NCBI RefSeq assembly: GCF_006345805.1
Contig: NC_043008.1
Span: 62,310,001-62,374,000 of the forward strand
Length of the DNA: 64,000 nt
Source of the DNA: Octopus sinensis
Taxonomy: Eukaryota
Direction of reading: 5' to 3'
Position 1 is the first letter of the stretch. Each line of letters starts with the position of its first letter. A model generated the notes under the pieces. It had not been told where the DNA came from and did no database searches. It saw nothing but the letters and a program-made list of their open reading frames with translations. The translations under genes were made by a program, and so were the position numbers. Shown one piece after another: positions 38,430-51,625 of this stretch.

Positions 38430-38652
38430 AGAAGAAGAAGAAGAAGAAGAAGAGAAGAGGAAGAAGAGGAAGAAGAGGAAGAAGAGGAAGAAGAGGAAGA
38501 AGAGGAAGAAGAGGAAGAAGAGGAAGGAGCGATATTTTAAAGATATTCTAAACAATAATAATAATAATAATGAGGAGGAGGAGGAGGAGGAGAAGAAGAA
38601 GAAGAAGAAGAAGAAGAAGAAGAAGCAATATCTTAAAGATATTCTAAACAAA
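38203..38652. repeat. Compound (AAT)n(GAG)n(AAG)n block present as two cassettes
   Basis: Each cassette ends GC(G/A)ATAT(T/C)TTAAAGATATTCTAAACAA. Confidence 0.9.
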
Positions 38653-39209
38653 AATTAGAATAACCTATCATTTAAAACGTAGAGAATTACCTGAACCAAA
38701 CTAGAGTCTATTTACGAAAGCCATATAAATGGTTTAAAAGAAATAGAGATAACAAATATTACAAAAGTGCACTGAGAATTGTTAAGACTTCTGTAATAAA
38801 TTCTGCTGGTCACTTGATGAGCTATAAAAATAGTGCTGTATCTGTTAACTATAGCTATGAAAGTAGAAATGTTTTTATAAAAGGTTACAGCTTTTCCAAG
38901 CTCAGCACAAACTACCATTCTTGAAATTTGCCAACAGTACACTTGATTTCCTCAAACCCTGTTTCTTCTTCATTTTTAACCCTTTAGTGTTTAAACCGGC
39001 TATATCTGGCCCATGTATTCTACATGTTTTATGCTCAAACTGGCCAGAACCAGTATCTCACACCTACCCTGCAATGTCATTCTAAAAATAAACAATTACA
39101 ACTTTCAAATCTTGAAGCTACAAGATAATACCAGATTAATTTTTTTAAATGTAAATGAATAAAGATTACTTTTGACATATTAGGTTGAATGCTAAAGGGC
39201 TAAAGATCT

Positions 39210-39876
39210 TTCCACTCTTTTACTCTTTTACTTGTTTCAGTCTTTTGACTGCGGCCATGCTGGAGCACCGCCTTTAGTCGAGCAAATCGATCCCAAGACT
39301 TATTCTTTGTAAGCCTAGTACTTATTCTATCGGTCTCTTTGGCTGAACTGCTAAGTTACGGGGACGTAAACGCACCAGCATCAGTTGTCAAGCGATGTTG
39401 GGGGGACAAACACAGACACACAAATATATACACACATACATATATATATATATATACATATACAATGGGCTTCTTTCAGTTTCCGTCTACGAAATCCACT
39501 CACAAGGCATTGGTCGGCCTGAGGCTATAGTAGAAGACACTTGCCCAAGGTGCCACACAGTAGGAATGAACCTGGAACCATGTGCTTCATAAGCAAGCTA
39601 CTTACCACACAGCCGCTCCTGTGCCTGTTCACTCTTTTACTCTTTTACTCTTTTACTTGTTTCAGTCATTTGACTGCAGCCATGCTGGAGCATCGCCTTT
39701 TTAATCGAGCAACTCAACCCCGGGACTTATTCTTTTGTAAGCCCAGTACTTATTCTATCGGTCTCTTTTGCCGAACCGCTAAGTAACGGGGACATAAACA
39801 CACCAGCATCAGTTGTCGAGCGATGTTGGAGGGTCAAACACAGTCACACAAATATATACACACATACATATATATA

Positions 39877-39915
<39 letters not shown>

Positions 39916-40080
39916 CAACGGGCTTCTTTCAGTTTCCGTCTACGAAATCCACTCACAAGGCATTGGTTGGCCTGAGGCTATAGTAGAAGACACTTGCCCA
40001 AGGTGCCACACAGTAGGAATGAACCTGGAACCACGTGGTTCGTAAGCAAGCTACTTACCACACAGCTACTCCTGCGCCTG
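39210..40080 (-). mobile_element. Two tandem SINE B copies
   Basis: About 39210-39628 and 39629-40080, sharing variants not seen in other B copies here. Confidence 0.9.
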
Positions 40081-40384
40081 TTCACTGTTCACTTCCTGTG
40101 TATATTCTGTGTAATATTCATGCTGTTTTGGTTATTTTTTCTGATGAGTTGTAATGCACCTGAGCATTGTAGACAATAAGTTCATTATTATTGTGTATCT
40201 CTGCTGTAATGAACTTCAATCATGTAAAGAAAATTGTTCCTAGTTCTAAAATAATTATTAAAATTTCATTCAAAGATTTATTTGTTCCTATACTAATCTT
40301 TAACCTTATATATTTTGACACACTTCTTTCATAGTTTAGGCCACCGACATAGCTGACGTTCATTCAAGTTGTTTTGTTGTTTGT

Positions 40385-40678
40385 TCTTTCTTGACCCATG
40401 CCTAGCTCATAAGGGCCAGTTTTCCAGTTTCATTGGCATATAGGTTCCCACATGGATGGGATGCTAGTCCATCAAAAATGAGCTGCCAGATGCACGAAGA
40501 AAGAGTGAGAGAAAGTTATGGTGAAAGAGTCGACAGAGGTTTGCCATTACCTTTTGCCAGAGCTGTGTGAAGGTTGGGTGTTTCACTCATAAACATACAC
40601 ATCCCCTGGTCTAAGATTTGAACCCACGATCCCTCAACTGTGAGTCTACTACTCTAACCACTAGGCTACGTGCTTCAT
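40385..40678 (-). mobile_element. SINE family E
   Basis: Homology to 31830-32120 and 53538-53845. Confidence 0.75.
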
Positions 40679-40774
40679 TCAAGTACTTTTTGTTATTCAT
40701 TTTAGGCATAGAAAGGCAACCAGTTACACAATAAACAAAGAATTAAATTTATGAACTTTTGAATAAGAGAATTA

Positions 40775-42047
40775 TCAGGTCATCCCATAAGTTCTGTCCA
40801 ATTTTACCTTTTTTAAAATTGAATGAAATTTAATAGTATTTTAGAATGTCTAATGGAATTAAAAATTATTTTTATACATTTGTGTACATTTAAACTAATT
40901 AAATATTATTTTACAGAATAATAGAATTAAAATTTCTTTGATTAAAACCCTTTCTAACATGGAAGTATCCAAAGAGCATTTAAGGCACATAATGCTTTAT
41001 GAGTACAAAAAAGGAAACTCTGCAGCTGAAGCGATTAGGAACATACACTCAGTTTATGGGAAAGAATGCTTGAATGAAAGAACTTGCAGAAGATGGTTTG
41101 CAAAATTTAGAAGTGGAGATTTCAGCCTTGCAGAAGATTGAACAGGATTTCCAGTTGAGTTTGATGATAAGCTCTTTGAGGCATTACTTGAAGAAAATCC
41201 TGCATTATCAGTTGAAGAATTGGCAATAAAGCTTAGTTCAAACCATACAATTGTTCATCGTCATCTTCAACAACTTGGAAAGGTTCCTAAACTTGGAAAA
41301 TGGATGCCTCATGAATTGTCTAAAAGCAACTGCAAATCCTGAGTTGATATCTGTTCTTCTCTCCATTCTCGCAAACTCATTTCACCCTTTTTGGAAAGAC
41401 TTCTGACTGGTGACAAAAAATGGATCTTCTACCGAAATGTTAAATGTTGTCAACAGTGGCTTGGTGGAAGGGAAAAAGCTCAACCACAACTGAGAATGGA
41501 ACTTTATGGGAAAAAGGTTCTCTCTATCTGGTGGGATTGCAAAGGGGTAATTCATTTTGAATTGTTACCACCTAATGCAACAATCATTTCTCAAGTCTAC
41601 TGTCAGCAATTAGTGCGTTCGAACTAAGCTTTGAAGGAAAAAAGATCCGCTTTAGTGAATCGAAAAGGAGTGATGTTTCAGCAGGACAATGCATGACCCC
41701 ACACTTCAAAGATCACATCACAGAAGATTGAAGAGCTTGTTTGGGAAAAAATTCCTCATCCACCTTATTCTCCCGACCTTGCTCCTTCAGACTACCATTT
41801 GATTCGTAGTTTACAGAATCATTTGGGGGACATAACTTTTGAGGAGGTTGAAACTGACGTTTCAGAGTTCTTCGCTTTGAAACCAAAAGAGTTTTACATT
41901 GATGAGATTAAAAAGCTTGTAAATAGATGGAAGGAAGTCATAAAGAATCAGGGAAAGCACATTGATGATTAAATTTCAATTAAATATAACATTTGATCAC
42001 TTGTTTTCTTTAGTCAAAATTCAGACAGAACTTATAGGATGACCTGA
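40775..42047 (+). mobile_element. Full-length mariner (1273 bp) with inactivated transposase (40959-41972)
   Basis: 24-bp TIRs TCAGGTCATCCCATAAGTTCTGTC with one mismatch, TA target duplications, and motifs WMPHEL, LTGDKKW, QQDNA*PH, YSPDLAPSDYHL. Confidence 0.95.
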
Positions 42048-42461
42048 TAGTACCACCAGTTTAGAAATAGCCATTCTTAGTTAGTGTCTAGACAGGTGTT
42101 ATACACATAAAACCCCTGATTATGATCAGACATCAAAACAGACACAACAGAGAGTAGATGTAAATGTTAAAAATTACTTTAAAATTTAAAGAAAATGTTT
42201 GTAGTCTACAAAATTACAAAAACAGTAAAAGACAAATACTTGCTAGAATTTTGAGAAATATAAATGTCAAATATTAATTGACAGACAGTTGAAAGGACTT
42301 ACTTTCATGTACACAATAAAGAATATTTAATTGTCATTTCTATCTTGTTCTTGATATTAAATAATTAATTAGTTAATTCTGACTCCTATAAAAAAAATAA
42401 AATTCAGAAAAGAATGGAAACAAATCAACTACTAAAATGGTGAAGTGGTGGACAGCAACAT

Positions 42462-42612
42462 CATCATCATCATCATCGTTTAACGTCTGCTTTCCATGCT
42501 AGCATGGGTTGGACGGTTCAACTGGGGTCTGGCAAGCCCGAAGGCTGCACCAGGCCAGTCAGATCTGGCAGTGTTTCTACAGCTGGATGCCTTTCCTAAT
42601 GCCAACCAATTT
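42462..42612 (-). mobile_element. SINE C 3' tail
   Basis: (CAT)n followed by the reverse-complemented family C tail. Confidence 0.85.
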
Positions 42613-43064
42613 GTGGTTCAACAAATCTGCTGAGGCAAGTGTCCTTCAGTCTTTCAGACTTTATTTTAGGATTTAACTCTTTCGTTACCAACCCGGCTGA
42701 AATTGGCTCTGGCTCTGAGTACAAAAATTGCTTGTTTCCATAAGTTTTGAATTAAAATCTTCCACCAAACCGTAGTCACATTTTATGTTCCTAACACTAG
42801 TTTAATGATAACCAGATTATTTTACTAAATTCTTTGTAATATTTAAAGTAATCGAAAGAAACACAGAGCATTTCAAAATAAATACAGAAACGAAAGGATT
42901 AACAATGGGATGCCTTTGAGTATGTACATTTGTGTGTATGGATATGTTCATGTGTGTATGTGTAGGGAGAGGGGTGCGTGTGTGCACGTGCTTGCACACA
43001 TACCATATTTTGACTCATTAAAAGCAGAATTTCTCATATAATTCAATTCACTACATAGATGTTT

Positions 43065-43407
43065 GAAGGTGCATTGCTCAGTGGTTAGAGCATCGAGCTT
43101 ACGATTGTGAGGTTGTGAGTTCAAATCCCGGACCAGGCTGCATGTTGTGTTCTTGAGCAAGACACTTTATTTCACGTTGCTCCTGTTCACTCAGCAGCAG
43201 AAATGAGTGGCGACGTCACAGGTGCCAAGCTGTATCGGCCCCTTTGCCTTTCCCTTGGATAACACTGGTGGTGTGGAGAGGGGAGGCTGGTATGCATGAG
43301 AGACTGCTGGTCTTCCATAATTAACTTTGCCCAGACTTGTGCCTGGGAGGGTAACTCTCTAGGTGCAATCCCAAGGTCAGTCATGACTGAAGGGGGTCTC
43401 AACGACA
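43065..43407 (+). mobile_element. SINE D with 12-bp TSD
   Basis: ACATAGATGTTT at 43053-43064 and 43408-43419. Confidence 0.9.
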
Positions 43408-43565
43408 ACATAGATGTTTAAATTAGCTTTGAAAATAAGTAAGAAGTTGCAAAAAATGAGCAAAATGATCTACCTTACATTATTAAGTGTTTGAAACATA
43501 TGTTAGGGATAGACATATGATAATGATGACAATAGCAACAAGATAGAAAACAATGTCAAAAAAAA

Positions 43566-43893
43566 GATGATGATGATAATGATGATGATGTTGATGATGA
43601 TGATGATGTTGATGATGACGATGATGATGATGATGATGATAATGATGATGATGATGATGATGATGATGTTGATGATGATGATGATGTTGATGATGATGAT
43701 GACAACGATGATGATGATAATGATGATGATAATGATGATGACGATGATGATGATGATGTTGATGATGACGATGATGATGATGATGATCATGATCATGATA
43801 ATGATGTTGATGATGATGATGACATCGATGATGATGACATCGATGATGATGATGATGATGATAATGATGTTGATGATGACAACAATGACGATA

Positions 43894-43948
<55 letters not shown>

Positions 43949-44335
43949 CAATGATGTCGATGATGATGATAACGATGACGATGATCATGATGAAGATGAT
44001 GGTGATGATGATGATGATGACGACGATGATGATGACAATGATGACGACGACGATGACAATGATGATGATGACGATGATGATGACGAGGAGGACGATAGCA
44101 ATAATGCTGATGATGGTGACAGTGGTGGGGGGTGTTGACGGCAACAACGACAATGATGATTGTAATGCTTATAATGGTGACATTAACAACAAAGTTGACA
44201 CTGGCAACAACGATGACAAACACAACCCCAAGAAAAATACCGACATCGATGACGAGGGCAAGGATGACAAAGTATTGCCGATGATGATCACAACGATGAT
44301 GATGATGATGAAGATGATAATGATGACGGCGATGA
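43566..44335. repeat. Long degenerate (GAT)n tract
   Basis: Seen directly; yields the poly-M/H/I ORFs. Confidence 0.95.
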
Positions 44336-44956
44336 AATTATTAAACTGTTTTTCATAGGAGAGGAAACAGAAGACGGCATCATGGGAGACATATGGGGAC
44401 TGTGACAGCAGTAAGTGACATACGTAGAATATTAAATGTCGAAGCAGTAAAATATAATGAAATTCACCTTAGAACAATAGAAACTTGAGTTTTTTTATAG
44501 TGAGATGTTACTGCTGTTGCTGCTACTGATGCTGCTGCTGCTGTTTGTTGTTGATGCTGTTTTTGTTATTGTTACTGATGTTTGGCACTCAAATCAATTT
44601 TGATCAAGCTGATCTGTTATCAGAAAGATATCAGCTATGACCTTATGACCTATATTTCCTATTTTTCCTAAGTACAAGAAACTCAAACAAATTACACAGT
44701 GTGTCTGTGGTGGTCTAATCTAAGACACTAGATTGCTTTGAGGGAGATTTGGTTGCTATTTCTAAACACTGTGAGTGACTATTTAGGGGCTTGCTGATTC
44801 ATCCATGTAATATTGGTTTCAAATTTTGGCACAAAGTCGGCAATTTTGGGGATGGAACAAATTGGTTACAGGTCCCCTCTACCCCACTGCCATTGCTCAA
44901 CTGGTATACATTTTATTGAGTCCGAATAGATGAAACGCAAAATCAAGATAAAGATA

Positions 44957-45166
44957 GATGCAGGTATGGCTCTGTGAATAGGCACACACATGGCGGTGGA
45001 AATAGACATGGCTGTGTGGATAGCTGCACGCATGGCTGTGTAGATAGGCTCATGCATAGCTGTGTGGATAGGTGCAGGCATGGTTGTGTGGATAGGTGAA
45101 TGTGTGGATGTGTGGATAGGTACATGCATGGCTGTGTGGATTGGTGCAGGCATGGCTGTGTGGATA
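44957..45166 (+). repeat. 24-bp minisatellite (nine units) derived from the SINE B 5' end
   Basis: Consensus GGTGCAGGCATGGCTGTGTGGATA, running directly into the SINE B head at 45167. Confidence 0.88.
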
Positions 45167-45640
45167 GGCACAGGCATGGCCATGTAATAAGAAGCTTGCT
45201 TCCCAACCACATGGTTCTGGGTTCAGTCCCACTGTGTGGCACCTTGACCAAGTGTCTTCTGTTATAATCTCAGACTGATCAAAGCCTTGTGAGTGGATTT
45301 GGTAGACAGAACCTGAAAGAAATACATTGTATGTGTGTATGTGTGCTTGTGTGTGTGTGTATATATATATATATACATATATATATGCTGATGATGATAT
45401 ATGCATGTATATATTTATGTTTTGCATCTGTGTTTCTGCTCCCACCATCGCTTGACAACTGATGTTGGTGTGCTTACATCCCCTTACTTAGTGGTTCAGC
45501 AAGTGAGATCAACAGAATAAGTTCTTGGCTTACAATGAATAAGTCTTGCCGTTGATTTCTTCAACTAAAAAAAAAAACTGTAAGGCGGTGCTCCTGCATG
45601 GCCACAGTCAAATGACTAAAACAAGTAAAAGAATAAAGTC
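45167..45640 (+). mobile_element. SINE family B, full length
   Basis: Head, CORE-like segment, internal microsatellite and tail all present. Confidence 0.88.
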
Positions 45641-45842
45641 TAAGAATAGATGAAATACTGCAAAGTAATTTGTGCTGGGCATGCTAATTTGTCCATGTAA
45701 TACCATGTGTTATTTTTTGAGTAAGTTATCAGATACATTTGAATGGTTCTTTAACGATATCACATTGTCAGGAGTGTGCCTCACTCAAGCAGTACTATAC
45801 TTAAATAATACAGTTTTAAATAATTTAATATGGCTATATATA

Positions 45843-45881
<39 letters not shown>

Positions 45882-45929
45882 AATGTATATGTATTTATAT
45901 ATATATATGTATGTATATATATATATATG

Positions 45930-45989
<60 letters not shown>

Positions 45990-47711
45990 TATATACAAAT
46001 ATACAATTGAAAAAATTCGTTATAGGTATAGATAACATAAGCAAGTATAAAAATGGAGAAATATGTTAAAATCAAAATTGAATTTATCCATATATACATA
46101 CACACACACACACTCTCTCCTCTCTCTCACACACACATACACACACATATACTATTTAATAGACACAATATGTTTTATATATATGTATATAATTCTGGCT
46201 CAATTTGGTGGTTAAAGGACGTACAAGTAAAAAGAGAAAATACATATACAACCAAACCCTTATCAATTTTCAACCAAATATCAGCACGATTTTGACACAT
46301 GATAACAGTGTTCAGTTTGATAGTGTCTGCAACATAAATTGCCAGGATATAAATGAGTGGGCATGAAAGACGAACATAAACAGGAAAACATGAGACAAGA
46401 ACAATAATAAGGATAGATGTGGTCTCTTCACTGGATGGTAAATAAATAAGTGTTAAGTATAGTGAAGAAACATATAAGCAATGACAGTAATAGAAAAATA
46501 TATTAAACAATACAGAGAGATATTCTTAAATGATGAATATTTTGAGACTGAGAAAACCAGGAGCTGGAAAAAGAGCAACTGACCATGAGAGCAGTGAATG
46601 CTAAAAGGAATGATGTTACAGAAAGATAGGAAAGTTGTGTGGTATTTTATCTGAGGAGAAAGAAGGGAAAAAGTACTAATGGTTTGTTGAAAGAAAGACT
46701 GGATGTGTGGGAGACAAAAAAGCTGTTGGGAGATGAGGGGAGATATGCAGATAGAGTTATAGCTTAAGGTAAAGACAAATAGAGAGAAGGATAAGAAAGA
46801 AGAAGGAAATGTATATGTATAGAGAAAATGGAGATGTGGTTAAGTGAAAAATGGTTGGCAGAAAGTGCCGTAAAAAAGGGAGCATAAGAAAGATGAGGAG
46901 ATAGAAAATCAACAAAGTGGACTTCGGTCCAATGTCAATGCACAACATTTTGAGTATTTTCCACATTAACCCTGGACTGACTAGAACCTTGTGAGTGGAT
47001 TTGGCAGCCATGAATGTATATTTGCATGTATATGAATGTGTGTTTGTACATGTGTTTGTATGTGTGTGTATGTATGTGCTTACTGTGGTATAGTGCATTG
47101 GAGAAAATGCCTTTCTAGTACTGGTTGTTAAAATACCTGAAAGTCAGGCAGGTGAGACAACTCGCCCCCAATCACATTCAAGAGTGATTGATACCGATAT
47201 TTCACCTTTTCTATGACTTATCACTATCACATCTGAATGAAACCCCTGGGAAAACTGAATCACCAAACAAACCACCAAACAAGCAATCTCATATACATTG
47301 AGTATGTGCAGCCGATAATGCTTACAACACTAATGCTGCTTTTAATTCACAATTGAATTTATTCTTACATATTCATTGCCATGGCATACTGGCAAATGGT
47401 TCTTACACTATTTGTATATAGTTGTATAAAGGCGTTGAGCTGGCAGAATTGTTAGCATGCTAATGATTCTGTCAGGTCGCCACCTTCATATATATATTAT
47501 ATATATATATATATAAATTAAATTCGAGATAAAACCAGTTAGGCAACTCAAACAGTGATAGACATAAACCACAACATAAAAAACAAAAAAATAAATATGA
47601 TTAATATAATTTACAAAATATATATAAAATTTAAAATTTAAATTATTGAAATTTGAAATTTTTTAATTTATATTTATAAATTTTTATATATTTATATTTT
47701 AATTTTAAATT

Positions 47712-47774
<63 letters not shown>

Positions 47775-47887
47775 CTTGTAGTAGGAAGGGCATCCAGCTG
47801 TAGAAACCATGCCAGATCAGATTGAAAGCTGGTGTATCCAGCATTGTTTCAGCTTTGAATTAAAACATCTAACCTATGCCAGCATGG

Positions 47888-49911
47888 AAAATGTCCAACA
47901 TGGGATCAACTTCTTCAGATTATACATACTTGGTAATAAGACATTCATGTACTCTAGAGATGTGACTAAGTCATTAGAGTAGAGGACATGTCATGATATG
48001 TGCTCTGGTTCTTCTTTGAATGAGTTCAGATCCTGCCAAGATCAGCTTTGCCTGTCGTTCTTCGTTCTTTTGAAATTAATAAAAAATTAGCAGTTTGTGG
48101 TGGCAAGTTGGTGAATCTTTCAGGTCATGAAAGATGGCCTTGCAATATCTTTCCTTGCAATATCTGTCCTGGCATTGCAGAAGAGGCCAACAAACTCCCC
48201 TGATTGAAAGGTTACTGAAGCAACATGAAATGAAGTGTTTTGCTCAATAACACATCGCATTGCCCAGTCAAGGAATCGATCCTGTGATCTAGCAATCATG
48301 AGTGCAATAGCTTAACCACTATATATGTATATATGTATATATATATATATATACTCTCAGCAAGATACATTTTCTCAGATTTAGTTTAGATTTTACCAAT
48401 AAGTATAGTTTGATGTATATAACAAAGAAAATCAATAAAAACATGCCAAAATAGATATAAATAGCATATGTAGGTTACAGTGAATTAAACTTGCACTCCG
48501 TTTCACAATGCAGGACAAACAGAATTGGTAACAGGGTCAGATCTACTGTTACCTCCCATGTAAACGGTCAAAGATGTGACAAGTATCATGACAGTAAATT
48601 CCATCAAAAATCTGTTGATGAAAAATTCAGGAATAAGAGAAGGGAGACCAAACTTTATATGATTCTTGGGTCAGTGTCCTATGTCAGAATTACTTAATGT
48701 CTGTTAAATGAGTGCCTTCTCTATTGGTACTGATGATGATGATGATGATGTGATGGTGGTCGTCGTAGAGGTGGTGGTGTGTTTACGGCACCAAAATATA
48801 TATTCAATCTGTATGTATACGTTTTTCGAAGTGTGAGCGTATATGTATATAAATGAGTAGAAATATGAGTGTGTAGAAGTAGTGGTAGTAGTAGTAGTAG
48901 CAGCAGCAGCAGTAGTAGTAGTGGTGGTAGTTGGGGGTTGTGGTGGAGGTGGGGGATCATGGTGGTGGTCTTGAACATGGCAGCAGTGGCGGCAGCAGCA
49001 ACAGCAGCAGCAACACCTATAGGAGTAGTATCAGTATCAGTATGATTGGTGCAAGAAAATAAAGGAATATCTATATCCTCCTCCTCCTTCTCCTCCTCCT
49101 TCTCCTCCTCCTCCTCATCATCATCATCATCCTTATCATCATCATCATCATCATCGTCATGGTTATAATCTTCACCATCATCATTTTAATGTCCATATTT
49201 ACAGGAATTAGACACGAGTTAGATAAAATCTATTGATGTATGTTTTCTTGCAAGTTGGATCTCCTTCCTGTTGCCAACCCTTATTCATTTCCAAGTAAGA
49301 TACTTATTCTTATAGACTTTAAAAAAATGAACCACTCACTCAATGGCTGTGCATGTTTTAACAGCAGGCATAAATAAAAAAAATAAAAAACAGAAAGGCA
49401 AACTGCAATATAAGATATAAAGAAAATAAGTATTAATTTCATCTTTAGCAAGTCTTTTACCACTGCCCACGTTGTTTAAAGAGCTGAATCTACCAGAACA
49501 ATCTGTAATATGACTAAAGCTCTCTGTAACTAGTAGGAAAATTAGTTGTATATAAGACTTTTTTGGAATGGATAAATATGCCAAAAATGGACAAGTTTAT
49601 ATGTGACAAAGTTATACTGTCTTTGAGGAAAATTACTTCAAAATGTCCAACTTGGGATCAACTTCTTCAGATCATACATACTTATTAATAAGACACTCAT
49701 GTACTCTAAAGATGTGACTAAGTCATTAGAGTACAGTACATGTCATGATATTTGCTGTGGTTCTTCTTTGAATGAGTTCAGATCCTGCCAAGATCAACTT
49801 TGCCTGTCATTCTTCTGGAATTAATAAAAATTTAGAAGTTTTTGGTGGCAGGTTGATGAATCTCTCAGGTCATGAAAGATGACCTTGCAATATCTGTCCT
49901 GGCATTGCAGA
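47888..49911 (+). repeat. Dispersed ~280-bp direct duplication (47888-48181 and 49640-49911)
   Basis: Both copies run from AAAATGTCCAAC to ATCTGTCCTGGCATTGCAGA and include the same SINE A-like fragment. Confidence 0.92.
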
Positions 49912-49942
49912 CAGCGATGCCCGCAATGATACTAGAGCTACA

Positions 49943-50282
49943 GTGAGACCCCCTTTGGTCCTGATTGACCGTGGGATTGCATCTAGAAAGTTACCCTCCC
50001 AGGCACAAGTCCAGGCAAGGTTGTTTATGGAATATGAGCAGTCGCCCATGCATACCGGCCTCCCCTCTCCACACCACTAGTATTATCCAAGAGAAAGGCA
50101 ACGGCCGATACAGCTTGGAACCTGTGACATCGCAACTCATTTCTACAGCTGAGTGAACTGGAGCGACATGAAATAAAGTGTCTTTCTCAAGCACACAACA
50201 TGCAGCCCGGTCCAGGATTCGAACTCACAACCACACAATCGTAAGTTCGATGCTCTAACCACTGAGCCATGCGTCTTCACAA
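49943..50282 (-). mobile_element. SINE D with 10-bp TSD
   Basis: TAGAGCTACA at 49933-49942 and 50283-50292. Confidence 0.9.
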
Positions 50283-50874
50283 TAGAGCTACAAACTGTAT
50301 AAATTCAATTGGCTTGTCATTGCCTCAGGTAAACCTTGATCGCATGCAGAGGACAAAGTAATTGTCAATGTTTCTTGAAGATATTGGAAAAAGAAAATAA
50401 AAATAGGTGCTGGGGTCAATTTGTTAGACTACAATTCTTCAAGGTGGCACCCTCAGCAATGGCCACAGTCTAATGAGTGAAACAATTAAAAATGAAAGTA
50501 AAGGTCTGTGTATACATGTGCAGAGTTACAGCACATCTTAACTGACACAGTCTCTCTATGTATATTCCATGGAAAATACCATAATGAATCTTAGCAAGGT
50601 ATTTTTTTACCAGAAATGATTCACATATATTCCTAAAATTATTTATTATTTGAGGCTGCAACACAAATCTTTACTGAGAAACAATATACAAAAAAAAAGA
50701 AAACACATTGAGGTAGATATTCTTCATAAGACATTTTCATCCAGATGCTGCATTATTTAGCATATTTGTCTATGCCAGGAATTTATATATTCTACTCCTG
50801 TAAAAGACAAGGTTTCTGTTTATTATATACTGCCTGATCACAGATAGAGTTGTCAACATAGATTAATATATTCT

Positions 50875-51287
50875 TATATCTTTATTACCCACAAGGGGGT
50901 TAGACATAGAGGGGATAAATAAGGACAGACAAAGGGATTAAGTTGATTAGCATTGACCCGAGTGCAAAACTAGTACTTAATTTATCGACCTCAAAAGGAT
51001 GAAAGGCAAAGTCGACGTCGGTGGAATTGAACTCAGAATGTAAAGGCAGATGAAATATCTATTTCTTTACTGCCCACAAGGGGCTACACACAGAGGAGAC
51101 AAACAAGGACAGGTAAATGGATTAAGTCGATTATATCAACCCCAATGCGTAACAGGTACATTTTTAATCGACCCCGAAAGGATGAAAGGCAAAGTCAACC
51201 TCAGCGTAATTTGAACTCAGAACGTAGCGGCTTATGAAATACCACTAAGCATTTCGCCCGGTGTGCTAACAATTCTGCCAGCTCACT
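50875..51287 (-). mobile_element. SINE A head+2-body dimer with 17-bp flanking direct repeat
   Basis: ATAGATTAATATATTCT at 50858-50874 and 51300-51316. Confidence 0.88.
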
Positions 51288-51482
51288 GCATTATATATTA
51301 TAGATTAATATATTCTGTGCAGAAGCAGAATAAGATGCATGACTATAATTTGAACAGATGATCAGAGTCACAAACATTTTGAGTCTGTTTCAATTTCAGG
51401 TTCATTAGGACAAGGTTTATTCCATTTTCCATGGGATACAAGTGACGGAGAGAATAAAATACGCCTCCCATTCTCCAACCAA

Positions 51483-51625
51483 GTCCAAACTCTGCCGAGG
51501 TCGACTTTGCCTTTCATCCTTTCGGGGTTGAAAAATTAAGTGCCAGTTGCATGCTAGTGTCGATCTAATCGACTGGCCCACTCACCCACAAATTTTGGGC
51601 CTTGTGCCTAGAGTAGAAAAGAATG
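51483..51625 (+). mobile_element. Headless SINE A body with tail type 2
   Basis: Ends CTTGTGCCTAGAGTAGAAAAGAAT, like the last unit at 35068-35235. Confidence 0.8.

Noticed and set aside
38142-38658. Poly-K/E/R/S ORFs
   Set aside because: Trinucleotide repeat translations.
43483-44358. Poly-M, poly-H and poly-I ORFs over 200 aa
   Set aside because: (GAT)n tract open in several frames on both strands.
44866-45448. ORFs with HTAMP/STQPC repeats
   Set aside because: Translation of the 24-bp SINE-derived minisatellite.
48553-48611. Minus-strand 59-bp exon candidate (FLMEFTVMILVTSLTVYMG)
   Set aside because: Good splice signals, but isolated; no compatible minus-strand exon chain could be built.
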